From: a bacterium
GTDB lineage: Bacteria; JAJRZV01
Direction of reading: 5' to 3'
Length of the DNA: 54,543 nt
NCBI GenBank assembly: GCA_024275095.1
Contig: JAJRZV010000017.1
Coordinates: forward strand, 1 to 54,543
Below the pieces are notes generated by a model. It ran no database searches, had not been told where the DNA came from, and saw only the letters and a program-made list of their open reading frames with translations. This document shows positions 19,906 to 28,740 of this stretch, one piece after another. The stretch's first letter is position 1, and every line of letters begins with the position of its first letter. The position numbers and the translations under genes are program-made.

Positions 19906-20886
19906 ATGACCTCGCACATTTTTTTTACCCTCTTTCTCACCGTTAACATCTCTCCCCATGACTGCCAGATCACCACTGTCGAAGGCACCGTGCTGCACGG
20001 ACGCATTCGCGTCATTACTCCAGAGGCTGTTTTGCTGACAAGTTCTTACGGTGAATTAAAAATTCCTCTCGCTCACGTGGAAAAACTTACAACCACAACA
20101 CCACTTTATTTCTATCTTTCTTCTTACCGTCTCTCCTTCGTCGCTCCCGTCACAGGTTACAGCAAAGGCCTCGAGGTTCTGTTCACCACCAAGGGGGCCA
20201 TTCCACTTTCAACGCTCTTTTCTGCAAGAAGTGAACCCCTGAAAACTTTACGCACAGACATCAACATTGGTTTCGGCTTCACTGCGGGCAACGTTAATCT
20301 CCAGAACTGGACCCTCGAGCTGGTGCTGCATCGAGAAAAAACGATCCACAACCTCTCTCTTTCTTTCTACACTTCATATTCACGCACCGATGGTACAACG
20401 ACCAGTAACTACCAAAGAGCAGCATTCGACTACCACCCGGAGGTCCTGCCATTGCTTCTGCTCAGTGGAAATGCAACTGCTGAACGGGACGGTGTGGCGG
20501 GGCTGGACATTCGCTCAACAACTTCGGTGCAAGCAGGCTGGTACATCTTCAAACAGAACGGACGGCAACTTTCTCTCGGCGGAGGACCAGCTTACTATCA
20601 CGAAGACTACAGAGGTGCTCCTCCCACACGAGAGGCCCGGCTGCACATGAGCATTCAGGGTGTATGGAACGGCAGCCTTGCGAGCCTGGAAGGCGATGTA
20701 AACACTTACACATCACTTCAACGGATTACCGTTTTTTTCATTCAATCCACCCTCAACATAAAAACGCACATAACATCCAGCATTTCACTGTTTTTTTCGA
20801 TCATCGAAACCTATAACAATGCTCCCCCTGAGGACCTTAAAAAGAACGATATCCGCCTCAGTGCAGGTATATCTGTTCACCTGTAA
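19906..20886 (+). CDS. DUF481/YdiY-like outer-membrane beta-barrel protein
   Basis: GFGFTAGN, ERDGVAGLDIR, GGGPAYYHEDY, YNNAPPEDLKKND; small N-terminal beta domain (GTVLHGRI). Confidence 0.75.
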   Translation: MTSHIFFTLFLTVNISPHDCQITTVEGTVLHGRIRVITPEAVLLTSSYGELKIPLAHVEKLTTTTPLYFYLSSYRLSFVAPVTGYSKGLEVLFTTKGAIPLSTLFSARSEPLKTLRTDINIGFGFTAGNVNLQNWTLELVLHREKTIHNLSLSFYTSYSRTDGTTTSNYQRAAFDYHPEVLPLLLLSGNATAERDGVAGLDIRSTTSVQAGWYIFKQNGRQLSLGGGPAYYHEDYRGAPPTREARLHMSIQGVWNGSLASLEGDVNTYTSLQRITVFFIQSTLNIKTHITSSISLFFSIIETYNNAPPEDLKKNDIRLSAGISVHL

Positions 20887-21841
20887 AAAGCGAGTTCAGG
20901 AGAAATATTTTTAAAAAACTCGGCCCACATCTGTACCGTTTTGTCTTCATCTACGAGCGTGAGCGGGGGGAAAATCTCACACAGATCCACACCTCCAAGA
21001 TGAACTTGTCCCTTATTGATAGCGCTGCCCAGTGCTGCAGCAACGGCAAAGAGCGTGTCTCTGGAAAGTCCCTCAAAATCCGCAAATCTCACTGCACCTG
21101 TGGTTTCCCTTACACTTACATCTGAATCAACGCTGAGATAGACCACATTGTAGCAAGCGTTTTTCAGTACGGTTGTTAATGTTGACACCGGATCGGCCAT
21201 CACTTCTTCAGCGGGAACAACCTTCAGTCCCTTTTTTCCATACACATCGAGAATCCTTGCCGTGATGGAACCTTTCTCCATACGCTCTGAAACACCAATC
21301 ACCCAGACATCTATTTCAGGGAATGTATTAATCACATGTTTGAGAAAGTTCCCTGAAGACACTCCCTCTGTGCGCGGTCCTTTGTAAATGTATCCCCTCG
21401 CGGCCGAGCGTTCCCACAGCTCGAACAAGTCCACATGAGCGTCAAGAACCAGGCATGTGCATTTTCCCCCTGTCTTTTCCAGACACCACAACATACCCGC
21501 CGCGGCAAAAACGTGTTCCACGGCCAGGACAAAGGGAATTTCGCCTTCTCTGACCAGATCCTCGAGCATTTTTTTAATTGATGCACCTGTTCGGTCAACA
21601 CGCCTCTATCAAAAGCCTCTATCAGAGAGGTTCTATTCACAGACGATGGGTCTGAAGGAATAGAGTTCAGGTAATCCGGACATGGCACCCGATGAACGTC
21701 TGCTGCATGCGGAAATTTGATGCAGTACGGATACACAGGCGCACCAGAGTCACACACAAAATGCGATGCTTCCTTTCGCAAAAAAACCTGTTCCGGCAAG
21801 TCTGACAAATCCAGCGAAGAAACAAAAACGCGGGGTATCAA
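20877..21841 (-). pseudogene. Arginase/ureohydrolase-fold protein split by a -1 frameshift in an A7 tract
   Basis: ORF 21841 (ATGA-coupled to the SCP2-like gene) reads to TTA AAA AAA at 21569-21577. One extra A joins it to ORF 20877-21569, which carries IPFVLAVEH, LDAHVD, VYLSVDSDV and GVDLCEI. The joined protein is 321 aa. Confidence 0.7.
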
Positions 21842-22287
21842 GAACGGAGAAACTTGGAAGGAATGCGTATACCCAGCTTGGCCAGTGTTTTGATGGCTTC
21901 GTTACCCCCCAGCTTCACCATGCCCACATAGCCCTTGCGCCAGGCATCTACCAATGTAGTGGTTAGCTTGAATCGCATCCATCGGGTCTTGGTTGGATTG
22001 AGGATGCATTCATTGAGGGCTTTCACGTAATCTTTGACATCATCAGATTGAACAGATGTGATGTAATCAACAGCCTCCTTGGAGAAAACGAATATCACCT
22101 CTTGCTTTTTGGGTTCCTCCTTGATTAAGGTGGGTTTCCCTTTTTTCTTTACCAGCGTATATACGTTTTTATCTCCTTCAAATTCCACTCGTGCTGTGGC
22201 TCCCTCTACCAGGGGCTCCACCATGCGCTGGGCAACAGGGTTTGTATCAAAAAATTTTTTTAATTTTTCCGCCGGACTCTCAGCCAT
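21838..22287 (-). CDS. SCP2 (sterol-carrier/lipid-binding)-like protein
   Basis: 149 aa; the pattern ARVEFEG..YTLVKKKGKPTLIKEEP...VIFVFS resembles the SCP2 beta-sheet core. SD GGGGGA. Confidence 0.55.
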   Translation of the reverse strand: MAESPAEKLKKFFDTNPVAQRMVEPLVEGATARVEFEGDKNVYTLVKKKGKPTLIKEEPKKQEVIFVFSKEAVDYITSVQSDDVKDYVKALNECILNPTKTRWMRFKLTTTLVDAWRKGYVGMVKLGGNEAIKTLAKLGIRIPSKFLRS

Positions 22288-22290
22288 AAC

Positions 22291-23418
22291 TCATCCCCCT
22301 GTAAAGAATTCTACGATATCCATAATCTTCATATCTCGAAACCTGCGGCCCTTCTGATGTCTGCTGAGGGTGTTAATACAGCGAGGGCATGCTGTTATTA
22401 CTGTATCCGCACCCGTAGCAGCAAGCTCCTCAAGTCGCGCAAGAGTTACAGCGCGAGCAAAATTTCGATTGACGAGTCCCCCTCCAAATCCACCTCCGCA
22501 ACAGAAGGTGTGTTTGCCTGTTCGTTGAGGATGTTTCACCTCCACACCGACACTTTCAAGATAAGAGCTGAGACCCTCTTCGACCTCTGCTCCCCTGGTC
22601 AGTGCACACGGGTCATGATAAGAAACAGGACCTTTATGTCCAGGCAAGGGATTACCATCAAAAATTTCCATCAAGTAATCAACGTAAAATAGCACGTCTT
22701 TTTCTATCTTTTGATTGAAAAGAGCCTGTGCATAACACTCCGGTGAGAAATACACAACCCGTGGTGGGTTGAGAGAATTGAGAAGGTTCGCGTGTTCCTC
22801 CTTCTTTTCGTGAGCAAGCTGTGAGGCACCCATTGCTTCCGGCAGGGCTCCACAGCATCCTTCCTTTTCGAGAAACGCCCAGCGAATTCTTCTGTCGGAA
22901 AGGAGCTGAGCAAACCTCAGAGCAGCGAGAGCACTTCTTTCACCAGAGAACGCAGAACAACCCCAGAATACCACCACCTCAGCTTCGTCAACTGGACTCG
23001 CGAGGGATTGAATCTGGCGATACGCGAGCATCGCCTGGCGCGCAACATTCTTACCGTTTTCACTTACCTTTCTGAGAACACTTTCCACCTTCGATGGAAC
23101 AACACCGCGCTCAACCGCTTCCTCACGCAACGCCTTTATAACAGGGATAATCTCTATACCCGAAGGACAAGCGGCCTCGCATGCGCCACAGAACATGCAT
23201 TCATATACAATTCTGCCAAATGCAGTATCCTCTTTTATTCTTTTATCCAGAACACCCTGTGCCAGATACAGCTTTCCACCGCCTGTATGACTGAAGAGAC
23301 CAAAGTACGTATATCCCGGGCAATTGATATTTTCTCCGTTAAAGGAAATAAAACATGTAGCGCAACGATTGCAGGTGTAAAGGTAAAAGGCATACGAAGC
23401 AGAGCGGTCAATCCCCAC
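22291..23418 (-). CDS. Fe-S oxidoreductase of GlcF/HdrD type (2x[4Fe-4S] plus two CCG domains)
   Basis: CNRCATC...CP, CMFCGACEAACP, GCCGA, YHDPC, CCGGG, TACPRC. Likely start GTG 23418 with SD GGAGG. Confidence 0.9.
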   Translation of the reverse strand: MGIDRSASYAFYLYTCNRCATCFISFNGENINCPGYTYFGLFSHTGGGKLYLAQGVLDKRIKEDTAFGRIVYECMFCGACEAACPSGIEIIPVIKALREEAVERGVVPSKVESVLRKVSENGKNVARQAMLAYRQIQSLASPVDEAEVVVFWGCSAFSGERSALAALRFAQLLSDRRIRWAFLEKEGCCGALPEAMGASQLAHEKKEEHANLLNSLNPPRVVYFSPECYAQALFNQKIEKDVLFYVDYLMEIFDGNPLPGHKGPVSYHDPCALTRGAEVEEGLSSYLESVGVEVKHPQRTGKHTFCCGGGFGGGLVNRNFARAVTLARLEELAATGADTVITACPRCINTLSRHQKGRRFRDMKIMDIVEFFTGG

Positions 23419-24946
23419 CGCCTTCCTCCATAGATGAGCCGTACATCCCTGCGGACATCCCTGCATTCATAATATTCTGGGGGTCAAGGGCCTTTTTGAT
23501 TTTGATCAATGCCTGCCCAAAACCCCCGGTCTGCTTCAGGGTCTGTCCCCCATCAGGTGCAGGGCGTATGGGTACGGCTCCGAATTTACGCATGGCGGTT
23601 TCCATGTAACGTGCGCGGACGCGGGCTGCACGCTGAATCTGTCTCTGCGATGAATCCGGAGAAATAACAGGCGTCATGCGCAGGAAAATCGTACGACCCA
23701 TATCAACGCAGTGAGAATAATACGCCAGACCCAGCTTGAGAATGCTGGAGCGCAAAAATTTGAGCCCCCAGTCTTCCAGATCGGCAACAGTCGTGGGATC
23801 GCACAGCACAATGGGCATAACCGGATAACCTTCTGCATAAGCCCCCATGAATGTGTTTGTGGGCTGATGATGTACATAGTGGTCATAAAAGAACTTGTGA
23901 GCTCCTGGGTATTTCTCACGACATTCTTCGGTATAGTCACGGCCTCCATGTTTTTCGATCAAGCGGCGGATCGCAGCCTTTACTCCTTCCACCTGTTCCC
24001 TGTAACCAGAAAACGTGGGAACAACAATGTTGTACGGCCGGTCATCCGGGGTTTCCCACGGGTCGTATACAACAACCTCCGAAGAGGCTCCATGCCCGTA
24101 CTGTTCCAGATGGTCAATAATCGTGTACAGGCACCAGTGCCACGCACATACATGCTGAACAAGGTTGTTACGGGCCAGATCTTTCATGAATTCCACACTT
24201 TGCCTGTAAGAGGGGAATGCTGTGAGGATTGTATCGTGAACTTCGGAGACCTGATAAACCTTGACAGCACCTTTGGTAACAATGCCAAGAGTCCCCTGAG
24301 CATTAATAAAAAGCTCTGTAAGAGAAGGAAACGAGTTGGTCCAGCAAAACCAGGACACGTGCGGAAACCTCTCGGCAAAGGCCTTAGAACCGGTGCGCAT
24401 AACAGTTCCATCAGCAAGTACCACTTCCAGGGCGAGAATGTCGTGATTAATTCCTGAGGAGCGATGACTGTTCACCGCCACCTGAAGGTAATTGCCCAGA
24501 ACAGATAAGCTCGGTGGAAAGGAACCCACTGTCAGGTGTAGCCTGTGCTTTGCGAGTTCCCTGGCCAGAGCCCCGACCGTAACCCCCGGTTCCACCACCG
24601 CGTAAAAACGCTCGGGATCGACCTCCAGAATCCGGTTCATGCCGCGAAGGTCCAGGACAATCCCTCCAAAGAATGGATGGGTGCCTGGTTCCTGAGTGCC
24701 GCTGGAAACGGGAGTCAGAGGAATTCTATGGCGGGAAGCAATCCTGACGATTTCCACGACCTCTTCGGTGCTGAGCGGTCGTACGACAAAGTGAGGCATG
24801 GCGCGTGGGAAAAGCGCATTGACCCCCGAGTAAGCAACCAGCACGCCGGACTCATCGTGAACGCGGTGCTCTCCAAGCACAGAGACAAGGTCTGCTCGAA
24901 CGCGGCGCTGTTTCTTCGGCGTCAACTCTATTCTTTCCCGAATCAT
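23408..24946 (-). CDS. FAD-binding oxidoreductase (VAO/PCMH/GlcD family)
   Basis: VVRPLSTEEV, DLRGMNRILE, VEPGVT, LEVVLADG, GTLGIVTK, KKALDPQNIMN. Confidence 0.92.
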   Translation of the reverse strand: MIRERIELTPKKQRRVRADLVSVLGEHRVHDESGVLVAYSGVNALFPRAMPHFVVRPLSTEEVVEIVRIASRHRIPLTPVSSGTQEPGTHPFFGGIVLDLRGMNRILEVDPERFYAVVEPGVTVGALARELAKHRLHLTVGSFPPSLSVLGNYLQVAVNSHRSSGINHDILALEVVLADGTVMRTGSKAFAERFPHVSWFCWTNSFPSLTELFINAQGTLGIVTKGAVKVYQVSEVHDTILTAFPSYRQSVEFMKDLARNNLVQHVCAWHWCLYTIIDHLEQYGHGASSEVVVYDPWETPDDRPYNIVVPTFSGYREQVEGVKAAIRRLIEKHGGRDYTEECREKYPGAHKFFYDHYVHHQPTNTFMGAYAEGYPVMPIVLCDPTTVADLEDWGLKFLRSSILKLGLAYYSHCVDMGRTIFLRMTPVISPDSSQRQIQRAARVRARYMETAMRKFGAVPIRPAPDGGQTLKQTGGFGQALIKIKKALDPQNIMNAGMSAGMYGSSMEEGGGD

Positions 24947-25095
24947 CGTCCAATAAGTGTACCACCAAAAAATATCCCCTTAAAGAAATTTCCTTATTAA
25001 TGAAGATGCTTCAGAAATAATGGGCGGAGCCATTGCCGAAAAGCCATTTCTTTATTACCCTCTTGAGGAATGGAAAAATGCAAAAGGAGGTCTGT

Positions 25096-26130
25096 ATGGC
25101 ATACAAGGCACTCGTGACAGGAGCATCCGGACTGATGGGAGGAAATCTCGTAAGGCACCTTGTAAAGCGGGATTTTGAAGTTTACGCACTGGTACGCAAA
25201 ACATCCAATACAATGGCTTTCGAGGATCTACCTGTAAAAAAAACATACGGTGACATTACAGACCCTGAATCATTGCAAGAAGCGGTGAAAGGCATGGACT
25301 ACGTGTTTCACTGTGCTGCATACGTATCAGTGTGGACCTACCACGAAAAACTCATGCGACGCGTCAATGTTGATGGTACCCGGAACGTGGTGGATGCGTG
25401 CATACAGGCAGGTGTCAAACGCCTGATACACGTGAGCACAGTCGATGCCATTGGCTTTGCTACACCCGATGGCTACGGGACAAAGGAAAAGCCCTCTACC
25501 GAAGAAGTGCCTTACCAGAATGACTGGATGAAGTACCCCTATGCCCGTACCAAATGGGAGTCGCAGGAGATCGTGCGGCAGGCTGTAAAAGAAGGGAAGC
25601 TTGATGCTGTGGTGGTCAACCCTGCTTTTATGCTTGGACCATGGGATCCCAAACCATCTTCCGGTCAGCTCATTCTGGAAGCCGTCCGGGGCGGAACCAT
25701 CGCCTACGCATCTGGGGGAAACAATGTGGTGGATGTTGAAGATGCGGTCATCGCCACCATCAACGCCCTTGAAAAAGGGCGCAGCGGTGAACTCTATATC
25801 CTTGGAAACGAAAACCTCTCCTACAGGGAACTCTTTGAAAAAGTTGCTGACGTTCTCGGCACACCCCGGCCGCGTATCCCCTTACCATACCCCATCGCCT
25901 GGATCGCCGGTAAAATCGGCGATGCATACGGCCTTGCCACGGGAAAAGAACCGACAATCTGTTCAGGACTCGTACGACTTGCATTTCTCCCCCATTATTT
26001 CTCGCCAGAAAAAGCGCGCAGGGAACTTAACCTTCCAGCCACTCCCGTGGAGGAAGCCATCGAAAAAGCCTACAGGTGGTTTGTGGACCACGGATACATA
26101 AAACCCCGAAAACGAAAAGTCGCGTCATGA
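25096..26130 (+). CDS. Extended SDR / NAD-dependent epimerase-dehydratase (HpnA/3-beta-HSD/DFR-like)
   Basis: LVTGASGLMG, VFHCAA, YARTK (YxxxK), VNP...GPWDPKP. Start at ATG 25096 with SD AAGGAGG. Confidence 0.9.
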   Translation: MAYKALVTGASGLMGGNLVRHLVKRDFEVYALVRKTSNTMAFEDLPVKKTYGDITDPESLQEAVKGMDYVFHCAAYVSVWTYHEKLMRRVNVDGTRNVVDACIQAGVKRLIHVSTVDAIGFATPDGYGTKEKPSTEEVPYQNDWMKYPYARTKWESQEIVRQAVKEGKLDAVVVNPAFMLGPWDPKPSSGQLILEAVRGGTIAYASGGNNVVDVEDAVIATINALEKGRSGELYILGNENLSYRELFEKVADVLGTPRPRIPLPYPIAWIAGKIGDAYGLATGKEPTICSGLVRLAFLPHYFSPEKARRELNLPATPVEEAIEKAYRWFVDHGYIKPRKRKVAS

Positions 26131-26849
26131 AAAGACCGGTAAAAAATGAATTGAAAGAACTCCTTTCACCCCTTCAAGATGAAGGTATCAGAGAAGTACT
26201 TCTCTTTTTGTTTCTTATCTTTCTTCAAGTTCTCATTCTCTACCCCGGAAGCTTGGACGGTTTCTTCGCTTTAAGTCATCTTCCCAAAACACCCCGAACG
26301 ATCACCTTTGCCATGCTATGGCACCACTTCTGGGTGTTCCTGCTGTTCTTCATCATCCCTCTGCTACTGTGCACGTTCGTGGATCAAACCTCCCCACGAG
26401 AAATGGGGCTGACCACAGGTGACTGGGAAGCAGGACTGCGCATCTTTCTCATCGCCGCTCTCCTCATCACTCCAGCTCTTTACCTCTCCTCTCGTGACCC
26501 TTCTTTCCGACAGGCGTATCCCCTTACTCCGGAAGCGTCATACGGAGTTTTTTCTTTCGTGCTTTACACCCTGGCATACCTTCCCTATTACATTGGCTGG
26601 GAGTGCTTATACAGGGGCTACATCCAGTTTCGCTACGAAAAAATCATGGGACTTTTACCGGCCATATTCCTGCAGACAGGCATGAGCACGCTGGTGCACT
26701 GGAACAAGCCCTTTGGAGAGACGCTCTCGGCAGCAGTCGGGGGAATCTTTCTGGGACTCTTGGCCTGGCGCACACGCTCGATATTCTGGGGACTTTTGTG
26801 GCACTGGTACCTGGGAGTTATGAACAGTCTCTTCTGCGCCTTCTTTTAA
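26127..26849 (+). CDS. CPBP (CAAX protease/Abi) intramembrane glutamic endopeptidase
   Basis: Multi-TM; WECLYRG, LVHWNKP, RTRSIFWGLLWH. ATGA overlap with the SDR stop. Confidence 0.85.
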   Translation: MKRPVKNELKELLSPLQDEGIREVLLFLFLIFLQVLILYPGSLDGFFALSHLPKTPRTITFAMLWHHFWVFLLFFIIPLLLCTFVDQTSPREMGLTTGDWEAGLRIFLIAALLITPALYLSSRDPSFRQAYPLTPEASYGVFSFVLYTLAYLPYYIGWECLYRGYIQFRYEKIMGLLPAIFLQTGMSTLVHWNKPFGETLSAAVGGIFLGLLAWRTRSIFWGLLWHWYLGVMNSLFCAFF

Positions 26850-27218
26850 CTATTCGTTATACGTGGCCCGGGAATTCTCTGTTTCCCACACAGTCACCTG
26901 CTTTAGAAAAACCCCGGATGGAAGCGCCTTCTTTAATTCCTGAAAAACAAATCGTGCAATGTTTTCGGCTGTGGGATTAACCTTCTGAAAAGCGGCAAGA
27001 TCATTGATAAACTGGTGATCCAGCGTTTTCAACACGTCCCGTACCATCTCTTTGAGTTCGTGAAAATCCATCACCATACCGGCGGCATCCAGCTCGGCAG
27101 AAGTGACGGAAACCTCAACGGTATAGTTGTGACCGTGAATGCGTTCGCACGCCCCTGCATAATCACTCAACCGATGAGCTGCTGAAAACGTTTCCCGTAT
27201 CGTAATCTCAAAAGGCAT
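26850..27218 (-). CDS. queD: 6-carboxy-5,6,7,8-tetrahydropterin synthase
   Basis: FSAAHRL, CERIHGHNY, LDH, NPTAENIA, VWET. Confidence 0.95.
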   Translation of the reverse strand: MPFEITIRETFSAAHRLSDYAGACERIHGHNYTVEVSVTSAELDAAGMVMDFHELKEMVRDVLKTLDHQFINDLAAFQKVNPTAENIARFVFQELKKALPSGVFLKQVTVWETENSRATYNE

Positions 27219-27315
27219 GGCGTAATTATATCAATTTAAATGCGATACACACTCATGTCCTTAAAGTTGTAAAAAAATTCTTTCAGCATCGTCTGCACAT
27301 ATTATAATCTTCACC

Positions 27316-28740
27316 GTGCGCAGTTGCAGGGCCATCTTATTGATACTTTCGTGGGCATTCGTTGCTGCCTGTGGTAACACCCCAACACGTACAACTGAGC
27401 TTTTACGTACGGAAGGGCGCTGGATTGTGGACAGTGAGGGCCGGGTTGTCATCCTGCGCGGAATCAATGTAAGCGAACGAAGCAAATATCCACCCTTTTT
27501 TCCCGGAACGGGCTACGGTGACAGCTACACTGAAGCAAACACTTCTTCCGTAACAGCCCTTATTCGCTCCTGGGGCATGAATGCGGTGAGATTTCTTATT
27601 ATCTGGGAAGCGATAGAACCCGAGCCGGACGCGTTCAACGACAAGTATCTGATGCATGTGGAGGACTGGGTTAATGCCTTTGCCGATGAGGGAATATACG
27701 TGATCCTGGACATGCACCAGGACATTTATTCCCGCTACTTCGGAGGAGACGGCGCCCCCTTCTGGGCGGTAGACATGTCAATCCCTTACACGTTCACTGC
27801 TCCATGGTTTGTTAATTATCTCTCTCCGGCAGTAGTGGCTAACTGGGACATGTTCTGGAAGAGCGAAGACCTCCAAGCACACTACGCACGCGCCTGGCAA
27901 TATGTGGCAGAACGGTTCAGGGGCCATCCCTGGGTCATCGGGTATGAAATTATGAACGAGCCTTTTTATGGCTCATACAGTCCCATAACCCCTGAATTTG
28001 AACAGGAAGCTCTCCTCCCTTTTTACCAGCGCGTCATTAAAGCGATCAGAGAGGTTGATAAAGATCACATCATTCTCATAGAACCCTGTATCGTCAAAGG
28101 GGGAGGGTTGCGAAGTTTTCTTACAAATCCACGAGACAAAAACATTGTATACGCTCCTCATTACTACGACCCCACTGTCCTCTGGACCAATCCATACGAC
28201 GGTAACGCTTCGCGCACAAAAGCAGCATTCTACACAATCGAAGAAGAAGCCGACCGCATGAATGTTCCATGGGTTCTCGGGGAATGGGGCATCATTCTCA
28301 CAACCTCAGGGGCAGAGCAATACATTCGCCATCACCTGCAACTTCTGGACGAGTTCATGGCAGGATGGTTTTACTGGAACTTCAATCTTGACGACGACTG
28401 GATGTCACCGGTCCTTTCAGACGGGACAAAGCGCTGTACAAACGGCTTCTGCCTTGCAGACCTGCTCACAAGGCCACAACCTACTCACGTGGCAGGTTAC
28501 CCCTTAAGCCTCACGTACAATGAAAACACACGCACTTTCTCTCTCTGTTTCAGAGAAAAAGCAACACTCTCCACCACCGAAACTCTCCTGCGCATACCAC
28601 CTTCAATCTATCCTCGAGGATACACTGTTATCATCTCCGATGGAGAATGGAAGCGTGTAGACGACACCCTTGTTTTCAATCATTCTCCTGCGGGCGCAAA
28701 TGCAAAGCACTGCATCACCGTAGCACCCTCAGACACCTGA
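27316..28740 (+). CDS. GH5 endoglycoceramidase-like glycoside hydrolase (lipoprotein)
   Basis: Lipobox VAAC; GRVVILRGIN, WEAIEPEP, LDMHQD, GDGAPFW, GYEIMNEP (acid/base), APHYY, LGEWG (nucleophile); C-terminal beta-sandwich. Confidence 0.9.
   Translation: MRSCRAILLILSWAFVAACGNTPTRTTELLRTEGRWIVDSEGRVVILRGINVSERSKYPPFFPGTGYGDSYTEANTSSVTALIRSWGMNAVRFLIIWEAIEPEPDAFNDKYLMHVEDWVNAFADEGIYVILDMHQDIYSRYFGGDGAPFWAVDMSIPYTFTAPWFVNYLSPAVVANWDMFWKSEDLQAHYARAWQYVAERFRGHPWVIGYEIMNEPFYGSYSPITPEFEQEALLPFYQRVIKAIREVDKDHIILIEPCIVKGGGLRSFLTNPRDKNIVYAPHYYDPTVLWTNPYDGNASRTKAAFYTIEEEADRMNVPWVLGEWGIILTTSGAEQYIRHHLQLLDEFMAGWFYWNFNLDDDWMSPVLSDGTKRCTNGFCLADLLTRPQPTHVAGYPLSLTYNENTRTFSLCFREKATLSTTETLLRIPPSIYPRGYTVIISDGEWKRVDDTLVFNHSPAGANAKHCITVAPSDT

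Noticed and set aside
22291..24946. Selenocysteine read-through in the Fe-S/FAD oxidoreductases
   Set aside because: Both ORFs are full length with Cys motifs encoded normally, so no in-frame TGA needs explaining.
27219..27315. preQ1 riboswitch upstream of queD
   Set aside because: The -10 box lies 6 nt from the ATG, leaving no leader, and no preQ1 consensus is visible.
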